Source of the DNA: Rubripirellula sp.
Lineage (GTDB): Bacteria > Planctomycetota > Planctomycetia > Pirellulales > Pirellulaceae
Assembly: GCA_965216875.1 (NCBI GenBank)
Contig: OZ244207.1
Location: 7,808,001-7,872,000, forward strand
Reading direction: 5' to 3'
DNA: 64,000 nt
Shown here: in pieces, positions 1 to 8,476 of the stretch
Layout of the letters: each line of letters starts with the position of its first letter
Numbering within the stretch: position 1 is the stretch's first letter
Notes under the pieces: model-generated
Told to the model about the DNA's origin: nothing
Databases searched by the model: none
What the model saw: the letters and a program-made list of their open reading frames with translations, nothing else
Translations under genes and position numbers: made by a program

Positions 1-246
1 GATGACGCTCAGGTGGCGATCTATCGCGAGGCGTCTGCGGCGCGATCAGAATTCCTGAGCGGTTATCGCCGGTTGCTTAAGGATGTTCCCGATCAATCGC
101 GAGTGGACGTCGTCGCCGGCTTCCGAGCTGCACTGCAAGATTGGAACAAACTCGGGGAATTGCATTTCACCGGTCCCTACGCGGCCAGCCCGTCTTTCGA
201 GCGATATGGTGGCGTCTGGTTGTATCGTCGCCAAACCGTCGAGTGA
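1..246 (+). CDS. 3' end of a hypothetical protein (5'-truncated by the window)
   Basis: Frame is open from base 1 to TGA at 244-246, directly upstream of a co-oriented gene; no recognisable motif. Confidence 0.55.
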   Translation, partial: DDAQVAIYREASAARSEFLSGYRRLLKDVPDQSRVDVVAGFRAALQDWNKLGELHFTGPYAASPSFERYGGVWLYRRQTVE

Positions 247-312
247 TGCCGCGGTTTCAACTTGAATGCGTCGACTTGGATAGGGACGGTTTCGTCTACG
301 AGAGATTTCAAC

Positions 313-2001
313 ATGACTTTCCTGACGCGGTCGGCGAACTGGGCCGTCGCTATGTTGTTTGTGATTTCGGTCGCACCCTCGGCCGCATCCCCGCCGGTTA
401 CTGACGCGCCGGTTACTGACGCGCCCGTTACTGACGCGCCCGTTACTGACGCGATCGTTACTGACGCGATCGTGCCCGAAGATCGGCGGCTTCCCAACGT
501 CGTGTTGTTTTTGCTGGATGATCTCGGTTGGCGTGACCTGGGTTGTTATGGCAGTCGCTTCTACGAAACGCCGAACATCGATCGATTTGCGGCTGCGAGC
601 GTTCGTTTCACACAAGCATACGCTGCCTGTCACGTTTGTTCGCCGACACGGGCGAGCATCATGACCGGCAAGTATCCAGCGCGTTTGGGGATGACCGATT
701 GGTTGACTGGACGGCGAGAGTTCCCCTTTCAGCGATTGAAAAACGCAGAGATTCGCCAGCACTTACCGCTCGAAGAGGTCACGATCGCCGAGTCGCTCAA
801 GGCGAACGGGTACGCGACAGCTCACATCGGCAAGTGGCATTTGGGCGAAGAGCCATTCGGTCCGATCGCTCAGGGATTTGATGTTCAGATTCCGCGTTGG
901 AACAAGGGTTGGCCCAAAGCGGGTTACCACGCGCCATTCCAAATGGACGGTCTGCGCGACGAACCGAACGACTATCTCACCGATCGATTGACGGACGAAG
1001 CGATTGAGTTCATTCAGGAGCATTCGGACCAGCCCTTCTTCCTGTACCTATCGCATTTCGCAGTCCATGATCCAATTCAAGGCCGCGCTGATCTCGTCAA
1101 AAAGTACCAGCGCAAACTTGAGTCGTTGCAGTTGGACGACGAGCCTGAGTTCCTACTTGAGGGCAACCCGGACGACGCGTCACCCCCATCGAAAAAGGAG
1201 CTTGCACACCGCATCGAGCGTCCAGGCTGGGCAGCCTACAAGGTGCTGCCGCAGCGCACGGTCAAGATCAAACAACGCCAGGACAACGTCCAGTTCGCTG
1301 CCATGGTTGAGTCGGTTGACGAGAGTTTTGGCCGCATCCGTCAAACACTCGCGGCGCTCGACTTGGCAGACAACACGATCGTCATTCTCTTTTCAGACAA
1401 CGGCGGCATGTCGGCGGCGAATTTCGGAAACCCCAAACGCGTGGTTCACCCCAAGCAACTCGATCGTGCCTTTTCGACCTCGAACCTGCCGCTGCGTGGT
1501 GCCAAGGGGTGGCTTTATGAAGGAGGCATCCGCGAGCCATTGATCATTCATTGGCCACAGGCTGGTGCCCGTGGCGCTGAATGCGACACACCTGTGATCA
1601 GCACGGATCTCTATCCAACGATCTTGGAAATGGTCGGATTGTCGGCGCAGCCAAACCAGCACTGCGACGGTGTCAGTCTTGCACCCTTGGTCAACGCGAG
1701 TGGTGACGGTGCGTTGGATCGCGATGCCATCTTTTGGCACTTTCCCCATTACAGCAACCATGGGATGCAGAGTCCTGGAGGTGCGGTGCGTGCTGGAGAT
1801 TACAAACTGCTCGAGTATTTCGAAAACGGTACCGTGCAATTGTTTAACCTGCGGCAGGACATTGGCGAACAGAATGACCTCGCTCGGCAAGAACCGGATA
1901 TCACTCGCCGCCTTCTCGAACAGCTGCGGGTTTGGCGACGCGAGGTGGGGGCCAACATGATGCCAGAGAATCCGGACTTTGATCCTTTATCGCAATTCTG
2001 A
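313..2001 (+). CDS. Sulfatase (arylsulfatase family), secreted
   Basis: Signal peptide, PNVVLFLLDDLG, formylglycine motif CSPTRASIMTG, GKWHLG, FSDNG, KGWLYEGGIREP. ATG at 313 preferred over TTG at 262. Confidence 0.95.
   Translation: MTFLTRSANWAVAMLFVISVAPSAASPPVTDAPVTDAPVTDAPVTDAIVTDAIVPEDRRLPNVVLFLLDDLGWRDLGCYGSRFYETPNIDRFAAASVRFTQAYAACHVCSPTRASIMTGKYPARLGMTDWLTGRREFPFQRLKNAEIRQHLPLEEVTIAESLKANGYATAHIGKWHLGEEPFGPIAQGFDVQIPRWNKGWPKAGYHAPFQMDGLRDEPNDYLTDRLTDEAIEFIQEHSDQPFFLYLSHFAVHDPIQGRADLVKKYQRKLESLQLDDEPEFLLEGNPDDASPPSKKELAHRIERPGWAAYKVLPQRTVKIKQRQDNVQFAAMVESVDESFGRIRQTLAALDLADNTIVILFSDNGGMSAANFGNPKRVVHPKQLDRAFSTSNLPLRGAKGWLYEGGIREPLIIHWPQAGARGAECDTPVISTDLYPTILEMVGLSAQPNQHCDGVSLAPLVNASGDGALDRDAIFWHFPHYSNHGMQSPGGAVRAGDYKLLEYFENGTVQLFNLRQDIGEQNDLARQEPDITRRLLEQLRVWRREVGANMMPENPDFDPLSQF
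394..468 (+). repeat. In-frame 15-bp tandem repeat x5 (ccggttactgacgcg) encoding (P/I)VTDA
   Basis: Units start at 394, 409, 424, 439 and 454 and differ only in their first codon. Confidence 0.95.
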
Positions 2002-2089
2002 AGTTGCCGTGGATTGACGAGCGGCAGCTGGCGGCAGAACCTGTACGCGATTTTGTTCTGCCCGTTGCCGCCTCCGTTTGGCGAAGAAT

Positions 2090-3757
2090 ATGAGTTCAGG
2101 CTCCGCATCGTCCGCCGAGAATGTTCCTGCTTACCGTTTGTTGATGGATCAGCTAGAGACCGCATTTCCAAAGCCGGTTTCGGATCGAATGCATGATGCC
2201 TACTTTGCATTTTCTTTTCTACGGACGCTTGACCAAGTCGATGCCCTCAAGTCAGCACGACCCTTGTTGGGAGAACCAGCGACGGTCGATATCGAGGCGG
2301 CGAGCACGAGTCGGATCGCCGAACAACCGATGTTGTTGGAATCGGTGACTGGGCAATTGGTGGATGCGATGCGGGGCATGTTCGTGATCGGACACCCGCA
2401 AACGCAAATCAACGTCGGACCATCGCCGACGATCCCGAGCATCATCGGAGGCTTGTTGCCGTCGATCTACAACCCGAACCTGGTCAGCGAAGAATCGTCG
2501 CGACGCGTTGCGATGGCCGAGGTCGAGGCGGTTTCAATGACGGCTGACTTGCTTGGCTATGACCTCGAATCCTCGGGAGGTGTGTTCACCTTTGGCGGTA
2601 CGGGAACTTTGATGTACGCGGCCAAGATCGGACTCGAAAAGGCTTGCCCGGGAACACGCGAAACAGGGATTTCGCAGCCAGCGGTGATCGTCTGTTCGGA
2701 TCGAGCACACTATGCCTGTTTGACTGTTGCCAATTGGCTGGGGCTCGGGCAACAAAGCGTCGTCAAAGTGCCGACCCTGGAAGACAACGAAGTTTGCACC
2801 GAGCAGTATGAGCAAACGGTGCGTCGTCTGATCGGCGAAGGAAAACGGATTGCATGTCTGGTCGCAACCACGGGAACCACCGATGCATTCGGTTTGGATG
2901 ACTTGGAGTCGATTCGCAAAATTCGCGATCGAGTGGTCGTTGAATGTGGTCTCGACTACACCCCGCACCTACACGCTGACGCCGTGATCGGATGGGCGTG
3001 GAGTGTGTTTCGTGATTACGACTTTGAAACCAATCCTCTGGGCTTTCGGCATCGCACGGTGAGGGCACTTGCGGGCACCGACCGACGTATTCGTCATCTC
3101 GCTTTGGCCGATTCCGTCGGCGTCGATTATCACAAGACAGGATTCGCTCCCTATGTTTCCAGTGCGATCATCTTGAAAGATCGGGCAGCCATGGCGTACA
3201 TCGCGCGTGATGAAGAATCGATGCCCTACTTGTTTCAATCGGGAAGTTACCATCCAGGCAAGTTCACTTTGGAAACTTCACGCAGTGGAACTGGCCCGAT
3301 GGCGGCGCTGGCGAACCTGAGGCTGTTCGGCAAGGACGGATTGCGAAGTCTACTCGGGCATTTGGTGTCGATGGCCGAGACGCTTCGTGAACACTTAGAA
3401 GGACACGCGTCGACCACCGTATTGAATGGCAAGAATTTTGGGCCGGTCACGCTGTTTCGCGTTTATCCCGATGGTGTCGATACCTTCACCATGCCCGAGT
3501 ACGAGCGGACTCGGGAAGAGTATCGCGAGCAACTTGTCGCGCACAACGAATACAACCGCAAGGTCTTTGAACTTGTCCAACGCGACGCGCTCGCCGGCGA
3601 AGGCGTCCTGTTGTCGCTGACCGACTGCTACCGAGAAACCGAATACGGCGAACCAATCGTGGCACTCAAGTCGTACATCATGAGCCCGTTTTCGCGTGAG
3701 GAGCACTCCCAGTGGGTCCTGAGGTCGATCTGGAAGGCACGTGCCGAGTTGCAGTAA
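2090..3757 (+). CDS. Group II PLP-dependent amino acid decarboxylase
   Basis: GVFTFGGTG, SDRAHY, ATTGTTDAFGLD, HLHADA and DSVGVDYHK (PLP lysine) motifs. Confidence 0.9.
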   Translation: MSSGSASSAENVPAYRLLMDQLETAFPKPVSDRMHDAYFAFSFLRTLDQVDALKSARPLLGEPATVDIEAASTSRIAEQPMLLESVTGQLVDAMRGMFVIGHPQTQINVGPSPTIPSIIGGLLPSIYNPNLVSEESSRRVAMAEVEAVSMTADLLGYDLESSGGVFTFGGTGTLMYAAKIGLEKACPGTRETGISQPAVIVCSDRAHYACLTVANWLGLGQQSVVKVPTLEDNEVCTEQYEQTVRRLIGEGKRIACLVATTGTTDAFGLDDLESIRKIRDRVVVECGLDYTPHLHADAVIGWAWSVFRDYDFETNPLGFRHRTVRALAGTDRRIRHLALADSVGVDYHKTGFAPYVSSAIILKDRAAMAYIARDEESMPYLFQSGSYHPGKFTLETSRSGTGPMAALANLRLFGKDGLRSLLGHLVSMAETLREHLEGHASTTVLNGKNFGPVTLFRVYPDGVDTFTMPEYERTREEYREQLVAHNEYNRKVFELVQRDALAGEGVLLSLTDCYRETEYGEPIVALKSYIMSPFSREEHSQWVLRSIWKARAELQ

Positions 3758-3836
3758 CGATTGGCTGCCCGGTCGGCCAAGATTGACTACGATGGGGCGG
3801 GTGCCGCGCATCCAAGATAACCTGCGTACCAGCAAT

Positions 3837-3907
3837 CACCCTCCCGCTTGCGGGAGGGTCGGACGCAAAGTCCGGGGAGGGCAAACCCTCTCCGGGCCTT
3901 AGAGCGC
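3837..3907. repeat. REP-like palindromic element, family A (caccctcccgcttgcgggagggtcgg...) plus a partial inverted half
   Basis: The first 26 bp are the exact reverse complement of 51188-51213; internal palindrome ccctcccgc-tt-gcgggaggg. Confidence 0.85.
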
Positions 3908-3962
3908 AATTGCAATCTGTAGCACGATCTTCAACAACCCTGCCTCATCATCCCGCCCCAAT

Positions 3963-5810
3963 ATGCTCTCTCGATATTCAACCCATCGCGCCCGTCAGAT
4001 CTTTGGTTTCGGTCTGCTCGTCCTGTTTGTGACGCCCTGCCTTGGCGATGAAAAAGCCAAGCCGGTTTTCAAGGATGGCGAGGCGCAGGTTGTGCCTGAA
4101 TTCGCCGATTCGGACTACTGGATTTGGGAAGACCTTTGGGTTGAGACAGAATTCGATTCCGATGGCGACTCGAAACTTGATCGAATGCACGTCAGCGTGA
4201 CGCGGCCACGACAGACCGAATCCGAAGGTCTGAAGCTTCCGGTCATCTATCTTTCAAGTCCTTACTATGCCGGTGTTGGCGCACAGGGACGTGAGTACTT
4301 TTGGGATCCGAAACAAGAATTAGGTGACGAGCCGCCGAAACGTAAACCCTTTCCGCCCGTCGAGCGTCGCGGCAAGCGGCCGATCATTTCGAAGTCGCAC
4401 ACAAAGACCTGGGTGCCGCGAGGCTTTGTCGTCGTCCACTCCAGTTCGCCGGGAACGGGATTGTCACAGGGGTGCGTGACGATCGGTGGTGACAACGAAT
4501 CACTCGCACCGAAAGCTGTCGTCGATTGGTTGTGCGGCAGAGCAAAGGGCTTCACCGAGGTCGATGGAAACGAAGAGGTCAAAGCGAGCTGGTCGACTGG
4601 GAAAGTAGGCATGATCGGCACGTCATTTAACGGCACACTCGCGCTTGCTGCGGCAACGACGGGTGTCGACGGGCTCGAAGCGATCATTCCCGTCGCACCC
4701 AACACGTCGTACTACCACTACTATCGATCCAACGGTCTGGTGCGACATCCGGGCGGGTATTTGGGGGAAGACATCGACTACTTGTACGACTATGTCCACA
4801 GTGGTGCCGAAGCGATGCGCGAACACTGCGATTGCGAAGTTCGCGATAAAGAGATGCTCGAGAAATTCGATCGAGCCAATGGCGACTACAACGATTTTTG
4901 GGCTGGCCGCGATTACATCCACGACCTCAAGCCGCTCAAGGCTGCCGTGTTGATGGCTCACGCATTCAACGATTGGAACGTCGTTCCCGAGCACAGCGTA
5001 CGCATCGTCCAAGAGTTGAAGAAGAAGGACATTCCGTTGCAGGTCTACTTCCATCAAGGTGGTCACGGTGGTGAACCGCCGATGAAGATGACCAACCGCT
5101 GGTTCACTCGCTACTTACACGGTGTCGAGAATGGCGTTGAAGAGGACGCTCGAGCCTGGATCGTTCGCGAGAAAGCTGATCGCCAAAAGCCGACCGCCTA
5201 TGACGCTTGGCCAAACCCGAAGTCCGAAGCCGTCCAGTTCTTCCCTCAGGGCAACGCGCCTGGTCGCGGCACGTTGTCTTTCGCTCCGCAAACCGACGGC
5301 AAAAAACGCGAGACGATCATCGACAACTTCTCGTTTGACGGGGCATCACTGGCCCAGGCGGATTCGACAGACCATCGCTTGCTGTTCGTCACTCACGAGT
5401 TGTCAAAGCCGGTTCACATTTCCGGAACGCCCAAAGTCACGATTCGCCTCGCGTGTGATCGTCCGGCAGCAAACCTGTCCGTTTGGCTCGTTTCACTACC
5501 GTGGAACAAAGATCGCAACGCAAAGATCACCGACAACATCATCACTCGAGGTTGGGCGGATCCGCAGAATCACAAGTCGATCCGAAAAGGCGAACCCCTT
5601 GAGCCGGGTAAGTTCTATGATGTTTCGTTTGATCTTCAGCCCGATGACCAGGTGATCGAAAAGGGCCAACAGATCGGCTTGATGATCTTTTCAAGTGACC
5701 GCGACTTTACCCTGCACCCCGAACCGGGAACCAAGTTGACGATCGATCTGCCCGGCACATCGCTGGAATTGCCAGTGGTCGGCGGCAAGCAAGCCTTTGA
5801 GCACGAGTAG
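3963..5810 (+). CDS. pepX: Xaa-Pro dipeptidyl-peptidase (peptidase S15, PepX/CocE family)
   Basis: Signal peptide, WVETEFDSDGD, SSPYY, nucleophile elbow GTSFNGT, DWNV, HQGGH, C-terminal ITRGWADP domain. Confidence 0.88.
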   Translation: MLSRYSTHRARQIFGFGLLVLFVTPCLGDEKAKPVFKDGEAQVVPEFADSDYWIWEDLWVETEFDSDGDSKLDRMHVSVTRPRQTESEGLKLPVIYLSSPYYAGVGAQGREYFWDPKQELGDEPPKRKPFPPVERRGKRPIISKSHTKTWVPRGFVVVHSSSPGTGLSQGCVTIGGDNESLAPKAVVDWLCGRAKGFTEVDGNEEVKASWSTGKVGMIGTSFNGTLALAAATTGVDGLEAIIPVAPNTSYYHYYRSNGLVRHPGGYLGEDIDYLYDYVHSGAEAMREHCDCEVRDKEMLEKFDRANGDYNDFWAGRDYIHDLKPLKAAVLMAHAFNDWNVVPEHSVRIVQELKKKDIPLQVYFHQGGHGGEPPMKMTNRWFTRYLHGVENGVEEDARAWIVREKADRQKPTAYDAWPNPKSEAVQFFPQGNAPGRGTLSFAPQTDGKKRETIIDNFSFDGASLAQADSTDHRLLFVTHELSKPVHISGTPKVTIRLACDRPAANLSVWLVSLPWNKDRNAKITDNIITRGWADPQNHKSIRKGEPLEPGKFYDVSFDLQPDDQVIEKGQQIGLMIFSSDRDFTLHPEPGTKLTIDLPGTSLELPVVGGKQAFEHE

Positions 5811-5846
5811 GCCGGATCAAGGAGCGCCAGCGACGCAGATCCGGCA
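5807..5846 (+). repeat. GTAG-type REP element, family B (gtaggccggatcaaggagcg...cgcagatccggc)
   Basis: Near-identical reverse-complement copy at 35854-35893 and a degenerate copy at 50856-50894; gccggatc/gatccggc stem. Confidence 0.85.
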
Positions 5847-5872
5847 CAGACGGAGAGCTTGGGAGTGTAGCG

Positions 5873-5896
5873 CCCGACGCCAGCGCGTTCGGCTCA
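5873..5896. repeat. REP-like element, family C
   Basis: Reverse complement tgagccgaacgcgctggcgtcggg matches 16400-16423 at 23/24 positions. Confidence 0.75.
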
Positions 5897-6052
5897 TTCG
5901 ATTCGCTTCTGTTCGTTGTCCCACTCTTTTGATGGAACAGACAAGCGATTTCGGCGAAAGCCCGGTCCGACAAACTGTCTGTTTCACCGGCTCGAGCCTT
6001 TGCGACTAGAATTGATTAACCCGCCTTAGCTACCCCGCCCAAAACTCAACGA

Positions 6053-8476
6053 ATGAGCCTCATCATCTCGATTCGCCCCCTCGCGGCTTGTTCCTTCGCG
6101 TTGACCCTCTTGGTCTCATTGCTTCATGCAGATACGCCGAAAGGTTTTTCCGATAAGGCTGGGCATGAACTGCAGTTCGTCTCCGGAGGACGTTACGTCC
6201 AGGGGACGACCGGAGGTGAGACTCGCTTGAGTCGAGCGTTTCCGTTGTCGACTACAGGGCAATTCTTCGGCAACGCCGAATCTCCTGCCCATCTCGTTTG
6301 GATCACCAAGCCGTTCTACATCGCAAAGCACGAAGTGACCGTTGGCCAATTCCAACGTTTCGTTGCCGCGACCGGATACAAGACGTCGGCAGAATCGGGA
6401 AAGACGGAAATGGTGGGTTGGGACCCGACGCCCGAAGACAAACCTCTCTATCAGTCACACGATTTCCGGCGTGATTCGAAGTTCGATTGGAAGCAACCGG
6501 GGTTCAAGCAAGAACCGAATCACCCGGTTGTCGGTGTCAGTTGGGCGGACGCCAAAGCGTATTGTGATTGGCTTAGTCAACAAGAAGGCGTTACCTATCG
6601 CTTGCCGACCGAGGCCGAATGGGAACTTGCTTGTCGTGCAGGCACGTCGACTTGGTTTTCCTTTGGGGATGTGGCACAGGGGGTTGCGCACAAACACGGG
6701 AATCTCGGCAACGTCGAACTTGAAAAGCACCGGAAGCATTCGGCAGAACGCCAGTGGTTGATGGATTGGGACAACGCGCCTCACGACGGCTATGTCTTTA
6801 CTGCACCGGTTGGTCACTACCACGCCAACCCTTGGGGGCTCCATGACATGCACGGGAACGTCTGGGAATGGTGCGAGGACCTTTGGTTGGACACCTTTTT
6901 CAACCAGTACAAGAAGCCGCGCTACGATCAGCCTTGTGAAACGGGCGTGGATCCATTCAACGGAGATCAACCTCAGACCACGACCAACGACTTCCATGCT
7001 ATCCGCGGTGGCAGTTGGTACAACGGCGACATCGTTTGTCGAAGTGCCAATCGCACTTACTGGGACCGCGACGACGCAGCTTGTTATGTCGGCTTCCGCG
7101 TGGTTCGCGAAGCATCACCTGAAGCACCGCGTCCTTTCCAACAATCGCTTGAACGCGAACGTGAAGTCTACGCGAAAATCGAAGCTGCGGGTGGTCGGGT
7201 TTATTCGTCCGATGGCCTCGACGTCGATGTCCGATTTTCCGGCGACCACTTTGATGAATCGATCTTTGAATCGCTCAAGCACCTGCCAGAGCTTCGTCGT
7301 TTGACGATCGGTTGGCAGACACGTGATGCCTACTTGAGCGAGGATGCGATTTCGTCCATTTCGAAGCTGTCGTCACTTGAAGAGCTCGAGTTTCATCGTT
7401 GCCTGGACCCCACACAACTCAACCTCGCGCCCTTGACTCGATTGAAGCGATTGAAGTCCCTTTCGTTTCCACGAGTTGCGCCGATTCAAGATCGGCATTT
7501 GAAGTCGTTGGCCGGCTTCGAATCGTTGACGGAGTTCTCTTGCTACGGGACGAACGGGTTACTGACCGACGCGGGTATCGAGCAGCTAAGTGGAAACGCG
7601 GGACTGTCCGCATTGCGGGTTTGGGAGTGCGACGCAACGGGGGCGTTTCTTGAAGCTTTTTCAGAGTGCCCTCTTCGTGAGCTTGCCGTCACTCGTCGTT
7701 ACAACGGAAAGGGGACGCTTCAGCAAGAACCTCTCAATGCGATTGGTCAGTTTGGTGAACTCACGACATTGGAACTAACCGGACAATCGCAACTCGATTC
7801 GCTTGAGTTCTTGGTCGAGCTACCGATGCTCGAACGACTCGTGCTGGATGGTTGCTCGGGACTGACCGATGCCGAGCTCTCGCGCGTGGGACATTTGACG
7901 CGTTTGCGCGAGTTGAGGTTGCGCGACACGCAAGCGGGCGAGTTGACTGGTGCGGCGATCGGCGAAATACCTCGGATACGCTCGCTCGAGATTCGATCCG
8001 ACAACCTCAGCAATGACGCCATCAAGTCGATTGCCCAAGCGTTTTCGCTGCAATACTTGAATATTGCTTCCATCCAAATGGACGACGACGCGCTGCGTCA
8101 CTTGGGCCGGATCAATCGACTGGATCGGTTGGTGGTTCAGTCGCCACGGATCACGGGGCAAGGACTTGGGCCAGTGGCCGAGTTGCCTGATCTCAAAGAC
8201 GTCTCACTGCTCACGCCTGGTTTGACTGACTTGGTCTTTGAGCATTTTTCACAATCGAAATCGATCTTGAAGTTGCGACTGGCGCACCGCGGCTCGAAAC
8301 CACCGGCGGCACTCACTGACGATGGCATGGTCAAAATGCAGAAAGCCAAACAGCTCAAGGAATTGTGGCTGCCGCGAAATGGGACGGCCATGACTGAAGC
8401 GAAAATGAACGAACTCAACCAACAGATGCCGCAAACAGGCGTCATCCCCTACACGGTTGCGTGGGAGGAAGAGTGA
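6053..8476 (+). CDS. FGE-sulfatase (SUMF1/EgtB/PvdO-type) domain fused to leucine-rich repeats, secreted
   Basis: HEVTVGQF, HPVVGVSWADA, YRLPTEAEWE, NPWGLHDMHGNVWEW, RGGSW...GFRVV, then many LxxLxxLxxLxL repeats. Confidence 0.9.
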   Translation: MSLIISIRPLAACSFALTLLVSLLHADTPKGFSDKAGHELQFVSGGRYVQGTTGGETRLSRAFPLSTTGQFFGNAESPAHLVWITKPFYIAKHEVTVGQFQRFVAATGYKTSAESGKTEMVGWDPTPEDKPLYQSHDFRRDSKFDWKQPGFKQEPNHPVVGVSWADAKAYCDWLSQQEGVTYRLPTEAEWELACRAGTSTWFSFGDVAQGVAHKHGNLGNVELEKHRKHSAERQWLMDWDNAPHDGYVFTAPVGHYHANPWGLHDMHGNVWEWCEDLWLDTFFNQYKKPRYDQPCETGVDPFNGDQPQTTTNDFHAIRGGSWYNGDIVCRSANRTYWDRDDAACYVGFRVVREASPEAPRPFQQSLEREREVYAKIEAAGGRVYSSDGLDVDVRFSGDHFDESIFESLKHLPELRRLTIGWQTRDAYLSEDAISSISKLSSLEELEFHRCLDPTQLNLAPLTRLKRLKSLSFPRVAPIQDRHLKSLAGFESLTEFSCYGTNGLLTDAGIEQLSGNAGLSALRVWECDATGAFLEAFSECPLRELAVTRRYNGKGTLQQEPLNAIGQFGELTTLELTGQSQLDSLEFLVELPMLERLVLDGCSGLTDAELSRVGHLTRLRELRLRDTQAGELTGAAIGEIPRIRSLEIRSDNLSNDAIKSIAQAFSLQYLNIASIQMDDDALRHLGRINRLDRLVVQSPRITGQGLGPVAELPDLKDVSLLTPGLTDLVFEHFSQSKSILKLRLAHRGSKPPAALTDDGMVKMQKAKQLKELWLPRNGTAMTEAKMNELNQQMPQTGVIPYTVAWEEE

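Noticed and set aside
3860..3900. ggacgcaaag resembling a c-di-GMP-I riboswitch core
   Set aside because: It lies inside REP family A and lacks the upstream GNRA-tetraloop stem.
7000..7110. End of the FGE (C-type-lectin-fold) domain as a possible diversity-generating retroelement variable region
   Set aside because: No template repeat or reverse transcriptase seen in the window.
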